DNA from: Candidatus Bathyarchaeota archaeon
GTDB lineage: Archaea > Thermoproteota > Bathyarchaeia > 40CM-2-53-6
Direction of reading: 5' to 3'
Assembly (NCBI GenBank): GCA_963733055.1
Contig: CAVTBR010000001.1
Coordinates: forward strand, 672,001 to 736,000
Length of the DNA stretch: 64,000 nucleotides
A program made the translations under genes and the position numbers. Shown here piece after piece: positions 48,551 to 59,078 of the stretch (position 1 is its first letter; each line of letters opens with the position of its first letter). Under the pieces are notes generated by a model that worked only from the letters and a program-made list of their open reading frames with translations, was not told the DNA's origin and made no database searches.

Positions 48551-48632
48551 CGAGATTCCCACCGCGAGATCCTGCCAATTGGCGGAAAGTTACGAGTTGA
48601 GATAGTTCAGGAATCCCCTACGATGAGTACGG

Positions 48633-50405
48633 TTGGTTGAAGTTCGGAAGACTGCTGAAGAAAGAGAAGAAGCAAGAATCGGGCTTCTCACTCTCATTGC
48701 AGGCATAATCGGCTTTGCGGCCGGAATAATCGCTTTCATACTATACCACCTTATCGGATTTCTCACGAACCTCTTCTTCTACCAAAGACTTGACTTCTCG
48801 TTCGTATCTCCTCAATACAACCACCTAGGCCCGTTAGTTGTACTGATTCCTGCATTCGGCGGCCTGATCGCGGGATTGATGATAAAATATGGGTCAACTA
48901 GAATAATCGGCCATGGAATTCCTGAAGCTATCGAATCCGTCCTACTTGGAAAGAGCAAGATCGAACCAAAAGTTGGAGTGCTGAAAGCTCTATCGGCTGC
49001 GTTCACGATAGGCTCAGGCCAACCGTTCGGCGCTGAAGGTCCTATAATTCAAACCGGCGGTTCATTCGGCTCCCTGATTGGCCAGCTCATAAGCGTAACC
49101 GGGTCAGAAAGAAGAATCCTCTTGTCGTGCGGTGCTGCCGCGGGAATGGCGGCTACATTCGGCACCCCGATCTCAGCCGTCTTCCTGGTAATCGAACTCT
49201 TACTCTTCGAGTTCAGAGTGAAATCGTTGGTGCCGGTCGCTATTGCATCCGCCATCGGTGCGTGGATGCATATCTATCTAATCTCCCCCAAACCTCTCTT
49301 CTCAACACCAGTCTACAGTTTCGGCGGCCTCAACACACTCCCATTCTATGTCCTCCTGGGTCTTCTATCCGGCATAACGGGAACGATACTTTCTCGCGGG
49401 TTGTACAAAACTGAGGACCTATTCCGAAAGCTACCCCTCGGACAACCATGGCTCCCAATGCTTGGCGGCATAGCTGTGGGTGTGATTGGATTTTTGGTGC
49501 CGCAGATTCTTGGGGTTGGCTACGACGTGATTAACTCCCTTATTGACTCGAAGATCGCTTTAGAGTTGGCAGTTCTAATTCTGATTGCCAAAGCCGTGGC
49601 TTGGGTGCTGTCCATGGGTTCTCAAACCTCAGGGGGAACTTTGGCCCCGCTCTTCATGATAGGGAGTGCATTGGGACTCGTCTTCGGCACGGGAGTAGTA
49701 GCCTTGTTTCCAGGGCTCGGGGTTGTCCCAGGTGTATTCGCGATTGCGGCGATGGCCGCAGTTTTCGGAACGGCATCAAGGGCTCCTTTCGCATCCATAG
49801 TCTTCGCCTTGGAGGTTACGCAAGCCTACCAAGGAGTTCTACCTGTCATAGTAACGGTAGTGATCGCAGAACTAGTTGGAGAATACCTGATGGCAGACTC
49901 AATCATGACTGAGAAACTGGCGAGAAGAGGTCTCAGGGTCAGGCACATTTACGAATTCAACCCCCTCAGGCAAACCCGGGTGAGAAGCATAATGTCACCA
50001 TTGATCACAGTTGACAGTAAGGAGCGCGTGATGGAAGTTTTCCGGTTCATGAATTTGCCAGACCATCAATTCGCGAAGAGAAAGAGGCTGGTGGTTCTCA
50101 AGGACGGAATCGCTGTCGGCACGGTTGATAGATCTCAACTGTTCTCTGAGGCTTCCAAAGCAGACCCTGAATTGAAGGTGGGACAGGTGGCTTCGAAATC
50201 GTTCCTAACTATTAGAGAGGATGAGTTTGGTTTCGAGGCGCTAAGGCTAATGACCCTGAACGATGTGCCTTTCCTAGTCGTCGTCAATAAGGACCACAAA
50301 GCCGTGGGCTACATCTCGCGCGGGGATTTGATCAGGGCTCAGAAAGAGAAAATCCGAGACGACACGATTATTGAGAATGGCATTTGGACACGGTTATTCA
50401 AGTAA
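48633..50405 (+). CDS. CLC family chloride channel/transporter with CBS domains
   Basis: GHGIPE, GAEGP, GAAAGMAATF, GGTLAP, TEKLARRG, two CBS repeats. Confidence 0.93.
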   Translation: MVEVRKTAEEREEARIGLLTLIAGIIGFAAGIIAFILYHLIGFLTNLFFYQRLDFSFVSPQYNHLGPLVVLIPAFGGLIAGLMIKYGSTRIIGHGIPEAIESVLLGKSKIEPKVGVLKALSAAFTIGSGQPFGAEGPIIQTGGSFGSLIGQLISVTGSERRILLSCGAAAGMAATFGTPISAVFLVIELLLFEFRVKSLVPVAIASAIGAWMHIYLISPKPLFSTPVYSFGGLNTLPFYVLLGLLSGITGTILSRGLYKTEDLFRKLPLGQPWLPMLGGIAVGVIGFLVPQILGVGYDVINSLIDSKIALELAVLILIAKAVAWVLSMGSQTSGGTLAPLFMIGSALGLVFGTGVVALFPGLGVVPGVFAIAAMAAVFGTASRAPFASIVFALEVTQAYQGVLPVIVTVVIAELVGEYLMADSIMTEKLARRGLRVRHIYEFNPLRQTRVRSIMSPLITVDSKERVMEVFRFMNLPDHQFAKRKRLVVLKDGIAVGTVDRSQLFSEASKADPELKVGQVASKSFLTIREDEFGFEALRLMTLNDVPFLVVVNKDHKAVGYISRGDLIRAQKEKIRDDTIIENGIWTRLFK

Positions 50406-50438
50406 TGGTCATGTTGAATGGTGTAAGGATATGAGAGT

Positions 50439-51623
50439 TTGAAAATCACTAACGCAGACGTTTACGAGCTAGGTGCCAAAACAACACCGGGCAGCGCGGC
50501 TTGGGCTGCAAACTCGATCATTCTGAAACTCACCACGTCCGACGGTATGGTTGGTTACGGGGAGGCTGTTCCGACTCTGAGAACCCAACCGGTCATTCAA
50601 GCATTGCATGAAGTTGCCCGAGTATACGTCGGTAGGGACCCAATGAAGGTCGAAGAAAATTGGCATGAATGGCATAAGCATGACTTTTACCTCCCCGTCT
50701 CATTCGAGTCAACAACAGCAGTCAGTGCTTTCGACATCGCATGCTGGGACATTATCGGAAAACACTTCGGCGCACCATTACACCAACTCCTAGGCGGCGC
50801 CATCCGACCTCGGATTCGATTGTATTCGAATGGCTGGTACAACGGATGCGTAACCCCCGAACAATTCGGCGACCGCGCAAAACAATACACCAAAATGGGT
50901 TACACCGCCCTGAAATTCGATCCTTTCGGAGACTATTATGATTGGATCGACGAGAGAGGCCTAAAGATTGCTTATGATCGAGTGAAAGCCGTCAAAGACG
51001 CAACCGCCAGCAAGGTCGATCTCCTCATCGAGCACCATGGCAGATTCAACCCCAATTCCGCAATCGCGATCGCCAAGAGACTGGCAGAATTCGACCCCTT
51101 CTTCATGGAGGAACCGATACATCCAGAAAACCTTGAAGGATTGAAGAAATACCGTGCCGCGACGAGTGTAAGGATCGCTGTCGGCGAAAGGATACTTACG
51201 AAGGAGCATGTGGCCACTCTTCTTTCAGGGAATTTGATAGACTTCCTCCAGCCTGACATTACGAATATTGGAGGAGTAACACAGTCAAAGAAGATCGCAG
51301 CGCTAGCCGAAGCCTACGGAGTGGAGATCGCCTTCCACAACGCCTTCGGCCCAATCCAAAACGCCGTAACCATTCAAGTCGACGCATCGATTCCGAACTT
51401 CCTCATACAGGAATCATTCTACGACGTCTTCCCACCATGGAAGAGGCAACTGGTCAGGGATGAACCCAAGGTTGAGAATGGACACTCTCCCGTTCCAACA
51501 AGGCCTGGCCTCGGCGTTGACGTAGATGAGAAATTCCTAGAGGAACACCGAACCGAAGGTCAGGAATTTTTCGACCCTGCAGAGCCCGTCTGGGTCGTGA
51601 AAGACACTTGGAAATCACCTTGA
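50439..51623 (+). CDS. gad: D-gluconate/D-galactonate dehydratase (enolase superfamily, Sulfolobus Gad type)
   Basis: GYGEAVPTLR, DFYxxxSFES, KFDPFG, EHHGRF, EEP, GER, FHNAFG, EPVWVVKxTWK. Confidence 0.88.
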   Translation: MKITNADVYELGAKTTPGSAAWAANSIILKLTTSDGMVGYGEAVPTLRTQPVIQALHEVARVYVGRDPMKVEENWHEWHKHDFYLPVSFESTTAVSAFDIACWDIIGKHFGAPLHQLLGGAIRPRIRLYSNGWYNGCVTPEQFGDRAKQYTKMGYTALKFDPFGDYYDWIDERGLKIAYDRVKAVKDATASKVDLLIEHHGRFNPNSAIAIAKRLAEFDPFFMEEPIHPENLEGLKKYRAATSVRIAVGERILTKEHVATLLSGNLIDFLQPDITNIGGVTQSKKIAALAEAYGVEIAFHNAFGPIQNAVTIQVDASIPNFLIQESFYDVFPPWKRQLVRDEPKVENGHSPVPTRPGLGVDVDEKFLEEHRTEGQEFFDPAEPVWVVKDTWKSP

Positions 51624-51678
51624 ATGGAACTGGAGCTAGAGAACGGGTTAAGTTCCCGAAAGCAACCCCTCCTGATCC

Positions 51679-52685
51679 ATGCGAATACAATTTGGTTACA
51701 GAGCCGAAGCTGAGGGCCATCAACCCGACGATCTGCTAAGATACGCTTCCTTAGCTCAGAAAGTTGGTTTCGATTTCATTCCAATCAGTGACCATTTTCA
51801 ACCATGGTTCGACACCAACGCAGCCTGTCCGTTTGCGTGGTCATGGATCCCAGCCGCTGCGGCATCAATACCCAACGTCAGGTTTGGAACGATCGTTACC
51901 GCACCAATCGGAAGATACCACCCCGCAGTAATCGCCCAAGCTTACGCAACCATGGGGGCAATGTTTCCTGGTAGAATCTTCATTGCGCTGGGAACAGGGG
52001 AGGCAATGAATGACTTTCCGCTAGGCTACCCTTGGCCTAAGTTCCCAGAAAGGCTAGGACGGTTGACGGAGTGCTTAGAAATAATGCGCAAACTGTGGAC
52101 GGAGGATTTCGTGAATTATTCTGGCAAATACTACACGTTGAAGGAAGCTAAGCTCTACACGAAACCAAAGGCCCCAATCCCTGTCTACGTTGCAGCCAAC
52201 GGCCCCCAAGCGGCAGCCTTGGTAGGGAAATACGGCGATGGTTATGCCACGTTCGATAGCGCCATGGGGAACATCAAATCCCTTTGGCCCATAATCGATG
52301 AAGCGGCTAAGAGCGCTGGCCGTAACGTCGGCGCTACTGAACAAGAACGTTGAACTCTTCATATCATACGCTGAGGATTACGATGAGGCACTGGCCTCGG
52401 CGAGGAGATGGAAATCCGCTTTGATACCAAACATATTGAACCTCTCAATCGCAGACCCGCGAAGAACTCGAGCGACTCGGAAGTCGGATCCCTGATGCAG
52501 AGTTTGCCAAGGTCTGGACGATCGCAACCAGTCCAGAAGATGTAATCAAGAAAGCCGAGAATGCGATCGGTTTGGGTTATAACGAAATTCAATTCCACAA
52601 CACAGGCCCTTCAGAAGAAAACTTTCTGAACATGTGTCAGAAAGAAGTGCTTCCACCCCTCAAACAGAAATACGCTTCCGCCTGA
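51679..52685 (+). pseudogene. F420-dependent LLM-class oxidoreductase (FGD/G6PDH-like), two frameshifts near 52331 and 52463
   Basis: SDHFQPW, RYHPAVIAQA, GTGEAMN, AKLYTKP; C-terminus recoverable in two further frames (ADPRELE...EVLP). Confidence 0.8.
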
Positions 52686-52717
52686 TTGAGAGAACCTGAA
52701 TCGATGAGGATGAACGC

Positions 52718-53497
52718 TTGCAGAATATTGATTTACTATTCATTATCGAACCCGCAATCGTAGTCGCATTTAGCGTTGGCACAGTCCTGTACTGGCATCG
52801 GAAACACGGTTTCGCCAGGGCCGTGCTTGGATTCTCACTATTGGCCTACGGTGGCGCAATAGGGCTCAAAGTGATCCTTCAATATCTCACCGCCCCGGTT
52901 ATTCTGGCAGCGTCCCAAGCCTCCGTGTGGTGGCTGGGACTCTACATCGGCCTTCAAACGGTAGTCTTCGAGGTAGGGGGCGCATTCCTAGTTGCCCGCT
53001 TTGCAATCTCAAGAGGTAAGATGAAGCAAAGCGATGCCGTAGCATATGGGTTAGGCTTAGCCTTCTGGGAGAACGCGGTCCTCCTCGGAGTAATCGCGCT
53101 ACTGAGCACAATTTCCTATTTCATAGTAATCTCACAAGGTGGGCAGGCCGCCGAGAGCATGTATACTCTTCTTTCAACGACACAACCACAGCTCTTCTAC
53201 CCGCCTCAATCCGCATTGCCACTCGCAGGATGGGGTTTGCTGGAGAGGGTTTCATCCTTGATGGTCCATCTGTCATGGGGATACCTATGCGTAAACTCAG
53301 CCACGCAAGACAAACGAGAATTTCTATTCCTCGCGTTGCCAATGGGTTTCGTAGACTTCCTCGTTCCCTTCGTTCAAATCCTGACAGCGCCCCTATTCGA
53401 AATCACAGTTTTCATGCTGGCGTCAATATGCGTCTTCGTAACCGTTTACTTCACGAGAGTTAGGGTAGGCCCCAAAAGAGGGAAATCGAGCAAATGA
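52718..53497 (+). CDS. YhfC family intramembrane glutamic protease
   Basis: FEVGG, YGLGLAFWE, ERVSSLMVH; multiple TM helices. Confidence 0.8.
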   Translation: MQNIDLLFIIEPAIVVAFSVGTVLYWHRKHGFARAVLGFSLLAYGGAIGLKVILQYLTAPVILAASQASVWWLGLYIGLQTVVFEVGGAFLVARFAISRGKMKQSDAVAYGLGLAFWENAVLLGVIALLSTISYFIVISQGGQAAESMYTLLSTTQPQLFYPPQSALPLAGWGLLERVSSLMVHLSWGYLCVNSATQDKREFLFLALPMGFVDFLVPFVQILTAPLFEITVFMLASICVFVTVYFTRVRVGPKRGKSSK

Positions 53498-53509
53498 AGT
53501 CAATGTAAT

Positions 53510-54559
53510 TTGGTAGGTTGGATGAAGGCCGCCAGACTTCATAGGATTCATGAGAAACTGAGTCTGGATCAGGTTCCAATCCCCAAGATCACGGCTTTGG
53601 ATGTTTTGGTAGATGTCCGGGCTAGCGGAATCTGTCACTCCGACATAAACTACCGTGATGGTGTTGCACCCGTAGCGAAGCTACCAATCATTCTGGGGCA
53701 TGAGATTGCAGGAGTAGTCGTTGAGAAAGGAACCCGGGTTAAGGGCTTGGAGATAGGCGACCCGGTGCTTGTTCACTATGTGTCAAGCTGTGGTCGATGC
53801 AGGTATTGTCTCACGAACAGGGAAAACTTGTGTATCAAGTATGGGATGATAGGAAAGGATGTTGACGGCGGATTCGCCGAATACTCCCGCGTCCCAGCCT
53901 CAAGCACAGTACGATTGCCTGAAAGGATACCGTTCGATCAAGGCGCGATCATAGGTTGTGCGGTCTCGACTGCGTACCACGCTCTCAAAAGGGGACGGTT
54001 GAAGCGTGGAGAAACCGTAGCAATCATTGGAATTGGTGGTCTTGGCATGCACGCGGTTCAACTCGCCAGAAAGATTTTCCATGCAAGCCAGGTCGTTGCC
54101 GTGGATCGATTCGACTGGAAACTAAAGCACGCCAAACGGCTTGGGGCAACCGACACTGTAAATGTTGAACACCAAGATGCGACTGAAGCGATGAGAAGAT
54201 TATCACACGGCAGGTTCGCGGATGTGGTAGTCGATTTCGTAGGACATGAGAATACTATCCGACAGGGCATCAATCTTGTAGCAAAGGGAGGTAGGTTAGT
54301 TGTGGTTGGCATAGGCGCCAAATCAGTGACCATCTCCCCCTACGAGAGCCTGATCGGTAAGGAGATGGAAATAGTCGGTGTTGATGACCATTTGAAAAGC
54401 GACCTGATAATACTGATCGATCTCGTCAGGACCAGGAAATTAGATCTCTCACATTCCGTTACGCACAAGGTTAGTCTTGAGGACATTAACGCTGGCTTCA
54501 AGATTCTTGAAAACCCGAAGGAACAGCCGATAAGAGTCGTAGCCTCGAAGACAGGATAA
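53510..54559 (+). CDS. Zinc-dependent alcohol dehydrogenase (MDR family)
   Basis: GICHSD, GHE, CGRCRYCxxxxxxxC, GIGGLG. Confidence 0.92.
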   Translation: MVGWMKAARLHRIHEKLSLDQVPIPKITALDVLVDVRASGICHSDINYRDGVAPVAKLPIILGHEIAGVVVEKGTRVKGLEIGDPVLVHYVSSCGRCRYCLTNRENLCIKYGMIGKDVDGGFAEYSRVPASSTVRLPERIPFDQGAIIGCAVSTAYHALKRGRLKRGETVAIIGIGGLGMHAVQLARKIFHASQVVAVDRFDWKLKHAKRLGATDTVNVEHQDATEAMRRLSHGRFADVVVDFVGHENTIRQGINLVAKGGRLVVVGIGAKSVTISPYESLIGKEMEIVGVDDHLKSDLIILIDLVRTRKLDLSHSVTHKVSLEDINAGFKILENPKEQPIRVVASKTG

Positions 54560-54568
54560 CTAAACGGT

Positions 54569-55033
54569 TCAGCGTTTTAGACGTCTTGAGACGAAGCAGG
54601 TTGCCCCGATCACTAAAACGACTACGAAGACCGACAGGTTGGGTTGAAATTCTGGTACAGCCGAAGAAGGCTGTTGCTGTAAGTAGAAATTGACAGTGCT
54701 CGAAGAACCATCTGTTACATTTACGTTAGCGTTCGGAGCCCAATACTGGGGGCTGTAGGGATCGTATACGGAGACATTGTATGTTCCAGCTGGAACCCGC
54801 ATCAAATAGAACCCACTAAAACCTGAAAAAGCTTCGAAAGTCTGATTGCCACTAACCGCTGAGATTTGAGTCCAATCGACAACCATCCCGGTCGGCCCAA
54901 TCACCGTCCCACTTATCGTCCCTCCTGCTCCACCATAATAATTTGGCACGGGGGAGGCGAACACGAAAGATTTGCCTGCCAATACCAATGCGACGACCAC
55001 GAGGAAACATGCGAAAATTGTCAAGTTCCGCAA
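54569..55033 (-). CDS. Secreted carboxypeptidase-regulatory-like domain protein with PEF-CTERM
   Basis: Signal peptide, GTISGTV...VPAGTYNV, VPEF + TM + RRLKR. Confidence 0.82.
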   Translation of the reverse strand: MRNLTIFACFLVVVALVLAGKSFVFASPVPNYYGGAGGTISGTVIGPTGMVVDWTQISAVSGNQTFEAFSGFSGFYLMRVPAGTYNVSVYDPYSPQYWAPNANVNVTDGSSSTVNFYLQQQPSSAVPEFQPNLSVFVVVLVIGATCFVSRRLKR

Positions 55034-55139
55034 ATCGATTCACAGAAGAATCACTGTGTTGTGGATTAATGATAAAAGAGTTGGGAAAACCACGAGTAAG
55101 TACTCTCAACCGTATTGAAAAACTGCACCGAGTGCTCCG

Positions 55140-55931
55140 TTAGGTGCAATATCCTCCTCCACGTCGCAGGAATCGAAGAGAGACGGCGTGCGTTAGTAAG
55201 CTCACTCCAATAGCGGCCAGGAAGGATGCGGCTACTCCCAATGCAACCAGCGTCAAGGACACTACCAGAAAGAACGCTATGAACGTGAAAGAACCTGCAA
55301 TGACTCCCCTAAGGAGCAGCACCGCCTGATCTCTGCCCTGAAACCGATGAGTGAAAGCAGCCAACGTTGCGGCATACACTGGAAAAGGGGAGATGAGCCC
55401 CGTTAGTTGCGGCCCAAGCGACTGAGCAACCCCGGTGATCAAGAATACGAGCGCAGTAGCGGAAACTACTCGCGCGGGAAGCTCCCACCGTAAATTCAGC
55501 GCCCGCGCATTGAAGCTGTGTACGCGCGGCAACAATTGAAGAGAAACCAGTAGAACGAGTATTGACAATGCGAACCCGGTCGCCAACGACAAACTAGCCA
55601 TTTGTAGGAGATACGTGCATGCAAGAAAGGCTCCAAACCCCAATAGCAAACTCGGCAACACCGTTAATCGTGCTGCCGACCAGCTGTAGACCAAGCAGAA
55701 AATAAATACGGACATGATTCCAACCATTATGGACTGAGACGCCTCAGAGGCGAAGGTTGATCCCTGCTCCAAAGCCAAGAAGAAAGCTACCGGTCCAGAA
55801 GTTAATGGGAGTCCGATAAGCCAACCACTGACAGTTAGCCCCCAGCGCCGACCTGCGAGAGTCACCGCGGCGATGAAAATTGGCACAAGGATGAGCTTGA
55901 GTACAATGGTAACTAAGTCGACGCTGATCAT
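55140..55931 (-). CDS. Multi-pass membrane protein with internal duplication
   Basis: AGRRWG..GWLIGLP / LGPQLTGLISPFP; about 9 TM segments. Confidence 0.82.
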   Translation of the reverse strand: MISVDLVTIVLKLILVPIFIAAVTLAGRRWGLTVSGWLIGLPLTSGPVAFFLALEQGSTFASEASQSIMVGIMSVFIFCLVYSWSAARLTVLPSLLLGFGAFLACTYLLQMASLSLATGFALSILVLLVSLQLLPRVHSFNARALNLRWELPARVVSATALVFLITGVAQSLGPQLTGLISPFPVYAATLAAFTHRFQGRDQAVLLLRGVIAGSFTFIAFFLVVSLTLVALGVAASFLAAIGVSLLTHAVSLRFLRRGGGYCT

Positions 55932-56068
55932 TCAGAAATCAAATCGACGTAATCCATAGTTCACTGAATCGAATCTCCACCGATCGGTCACGCGAATATT
56001 AGAACGAGCATAACTGTATATCGTGTCGAAGCCTCAATTGGGGACGACGTCTCGATAAAGAAGGTGAC

Positions 56069-56904
56069 TTGAGTTCGCAGCTTCCGCATCGCCAGTAAAG
56101 ATTTGTCCTCTCTGCAACGAGCCTTCCGCTTACGATGAGTTAACTGATTTTTACTTTTGCAACCACTGTGACCAATTCATTCAGTGGGTGCCCGATAGCT
56201 ACGCTTTGATAATGACTGGCCCAGCGGGAGCGGGTAAGACTCCGTCATTTAACGCTTGGTCCGACTTCTACGTCCGAAACTGTCGGCCCGTAGTCCTATT
56301 TGCCTTCGATGACTTTCCTTCGAACATTCGCACCGCCTTTTCTGATTACTACCAGCAGAAACTACCCGATTACGAAAGAGCAGGGTTAGTTACAATTGTT
56401 GACTGTTACAGCTCAATCGCGGGCGCCCCCAGTCAGGAGAAATATGCGCTGAAGAACCGTGCGGACCTGAATGAGTTAAGCCTCATGATTTCTGACTTGG
56501 TAAACGCGAAAGCGAAACTTGGGAGTCCGAAATTCATCATCGATTCTGTTACGCCACTGTTCACTTACAAGGATCCGCAGGTTGTTGTGCAGTTCCTGGC
56601 ATCCACTGCCGTGAAGGTTAAGTCGAGAGGAGGAGCGTTAGGAATATCGCTAACGAGCGGGACCGTTAACGAAGAAACTTTTAGACGATTGGAAACGCTG
56701 ATGGATTTTGCCATCGAGATCCGGCTTATCGACGAGGAGGGGCGAAAGAAGAGGCTTATGCGCTTCGTAAAAGCTCGCGGACAACGGATCTACGAGGAGT
56801 GGGTCCCAATATACATCGGAGGAAAAACTATCTCAATCGACGTTGGGGAAGATCCGGAGAAATATGAGAGGCTTAAGAAGGCTCTTTACCCGAAGCCTTC
56901 CTAA
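56069..56904 (+). CDS. KaiC/RAD55-family ATPase with N-terminal zinc ribbon (5' frameshift)
   Basis: GPAGAGKT, IIDS, FVKARG; in-frame upstream CPLC...CNHC; AAGGTGA SD + TTG 56069 is one frame off. Confidence 0.8.
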
Positions 56905-56905
56905 G

Positions 56906-56989
56906 TTACATTTGCTTCATCTGTTGCCCACAACACATACCCGCAGAGCTAGACTCTTTCCCGCACGACGCACACTTGTACATGGCCAT
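56906..56989 (-). CDS. 27-aa desulforedoxin-like microprotein (MAMYKCASCGKESSSAGMCCGQQMKQM), not in ORF track
   Basis: YKCxxCG...CCGxxM motif; strong GGAGGTGA SD upstream. Confidence 0.72.
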   Translation of the reverse strand: MAMYKCASCGKESSSAGMCCGQQMKQM

Positions 56990-57242
56990 TAGGAACTCAC
57001 CTCCACACCAAGAAGAAAACAGCCCAACATACCTAGAGGCTCATCCGTCTGTATATTTGATTTTTCCATAGGAAAATTCCATAGAATGATCCATACATGC
57101 CCACAAATATTCGTGTGTCGAGCCACGACACGCCTTACCCCGGGGAGAGCAGTTTTCTAAGCGCCGGGACTTCTGGCTGGCTAGCGAACCTAAATAACCA
57201 CATTCCAAGTGGTTGCCTTCTCCTCCATAAGGTAGACCTAGC

Positions 57243-58238
57243 ATGAATCCAGTCGAAGTCAAACAGCTCTCAAAAACATTCGAAACCCGAGAGGGAGGGG
57301 TATTTCGGAAGGTTTCGAAGAAGATCGTAGCGGTCGACGCGATAGACTTCAGCGTGCCCAAAGGTGAAATCTTTGGCCTACTCGGCCCCAATGGCGCCGG
57401 CAAAACCACGAGCGTCAAGATGCTCTGCACTCTGATTACACCCACCTCGGGTGACGCATACATCAATAACTTCAGCATTGCCAAAGACCAACAGAAAGTC
57501 CGCGAGAACCTGGGAGTAATGCTAACCGGGGAACGAACATTATACTGGAAATTGACGGGGCAGGAGAACCTCGAGTACTTCGCCGCCCTTTACCATATGG
57601 ATTCCACCTACGCAAAGAAACGCATCCACTCACTCCTTGACCTGGTTGGGTTAAGCGAACGCCAAGACACGCTAGTTGAAAATTATTCAACCGGCATGCG
57701 GATCCGACTGTCATTCGCAAAGGCGTTACTGAATGAGGCACCCGTGCTTCTATTCGACGAACCTACCGCAAGCCTTGACCCACAATCCTCCCACCTGATA
57801 CGCGACATAATCAGGAACCTGAAACGGCAGGGGCACGCAATCATCCTAACCACCCACAACATGGAAGAAGCCGACGCCTTGAGCGACCGAGTCGCCATAA
57901 TCGACCACGGAAAAATAGTCATACTAGGGTCTCCATCAGAACTGAAACAGAAAGTGAAAAGCTCAGACATAATCGAGATCGAAGCCAGGAATATGACTGA
58001 CCAGATAGTAAATGCACTTCAATCCTTCAGCGAAGTATCAAAGGTTGCAATCACATCCCCCAATCAAGGACGCGAAACACAACTACTTCGCGTGCACGTC
58101 GAGAAAGGTAAAGAGGTTCTTCCAAGAATACTCGAATTCCTCGTCCGTAAGCAAGTCACCATAACAAAGGTCAGCTTCATTGAACCAACCCTTGAAGACG
58201 TCTTCATAGCTGAAACCGGCAGGAGCCTGAGAGACTAA
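57243..58238 (+). CDS. ABC-2 type exporter ATP-binding protein
   Basis: GPNGAGKTT, YSTGM, LFDEPT, TTH, PTLEDVF. Confidence 0.93.
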   Translation: MNPVEVKQLSKTFETREGGVFRKVSKKIVAVDAIDFSVPKGEIFGLLGPNGAGKTTSVKMLCTLITPTSGDAYINNFSIAKDQQKVRENLGVMLTGERTLYWKLTGQENLEYFAALYHMDSTYAKKRIHSLLDLVGLSERQDTLVENYSTGMRIRLSFAKALLNEAPVLLFDEPTASLDPQSSHLIRDIIRNLKRQGHAIILTTHNMEEADALSDRVAIIDHGKIVILGSPSELKQKVKSSDIIEIEARNMTDQIVNALQSFSEVSKVAITSPNQGRETQLLRVHVEKGKEVLPRILEFLVRKQVTITKVSFIEPTLEDVFIAETGRSLRD

Positions 58239-59078
58239 GTGCGAACAACTTCAGGCGTGAAGATTCATGTACAGGCTTTGGCCGCAATTTTTTGGAAGGG
58301 ACTGAAACATCACATCAGATACCCGGGGGAATTCCTAATCTTCTTGCTGTTGCCTTTCCTTTTCACATTCCTAATTCTCGGAATGGGAAACGCGGTTGGA
58401 GGAACCAATGCGGCATCATACTTTGCAACTCGAACAGGTACGACGAACATAGTCATTTACGAGGTCCTTGGTAGCGCGGTTTGGATGACCAGTTGGGTTG
58501 TCATTGAAGATGTTGGAGCAGGCATACGAGATGAACAGATCAAGGGAACCCTTGAACAGAATTTTCTGGCACCTGTCAACCGTTTCACCTTACTTGTAGG
58601 CCTGAGCCTGACGGACATCGTGATCACGTCAGCACTCTTCCTCATCGTGGTCGGCGTTTCCGTTGCCATCGTGATCCCGTCAAGTTTCCTGACCATAATT
58701 CCAGCGTTTCTTACCTTACTACTAGGACTAATCCCGTTGTTCGGGATTGGATTTCTCTTTGCAGGTTTTGTGGTGCGCTTCAAGGAACCTTACATCTTCA
58801 TTCAGATAGCCAACCTCCTTTTCGCCACCTTAACGGGAACATATTACCCGGTAACCTTTCTACCCTATTGGGTTCAATTCCTCTCAGGTGTACTACCTCA
58901 AACCTATGTGATCGACGATATGCGTCGAATCGTAATAGCGAATCAGACATTGGTGAATCTCTATGGGAGCATTTTCATCCTTCTGACCCTCGCTCTCGCT
59001 TACCCACTGATAGGTTACGGTGTGTTCAGGAAGATTGAGAAAAGGGCGGCTGTGACCGGTGAATTCTCGAAATACTAG
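58239..59078 (+). CDS. ABC-2 type exporter permease
   Basis: EQIKGTLE...APV, GTYYP..LP.W, six TM. Confidence 0.9.
   Translation: MRTTSGVKIHVQALAAIFWKGLKHHIRYPGEFLIFLLLPFLFTFLILGMGNAVGGTNAASYFATRTGTTNIVIYEVLGSAVWMTSWVVIEDVGAGIRDEQIKGTLEQNFLAPVNRFTLLVGLSLTDIVITSALFLIVVGVSVAIVIPSSFLTIIPAFLTLLLGLIPLFGIGFLFAGFVVRFKEPYIFIQIANLLFATLTGTYYPVTFLPYWVQFLSGVLPQTYVIDDMRRIVIANQTLVNLYGSIFILLTLALAYPLIGYGVFRKIEKRAAVTGEFSKY

Noticed and set aside
48633-50405. CLC as a fluoride exporter with riboswitch
   Set aside because: Has GHGIPE/GAEGP rather than CLC-F signatures; no fluoride riboswitch motif upstream
57041-57484. 147-aa minus-strand ORF
   Set aside because: Mostly antisense to the ABC ATPase Walker A region; a common shadow ORF
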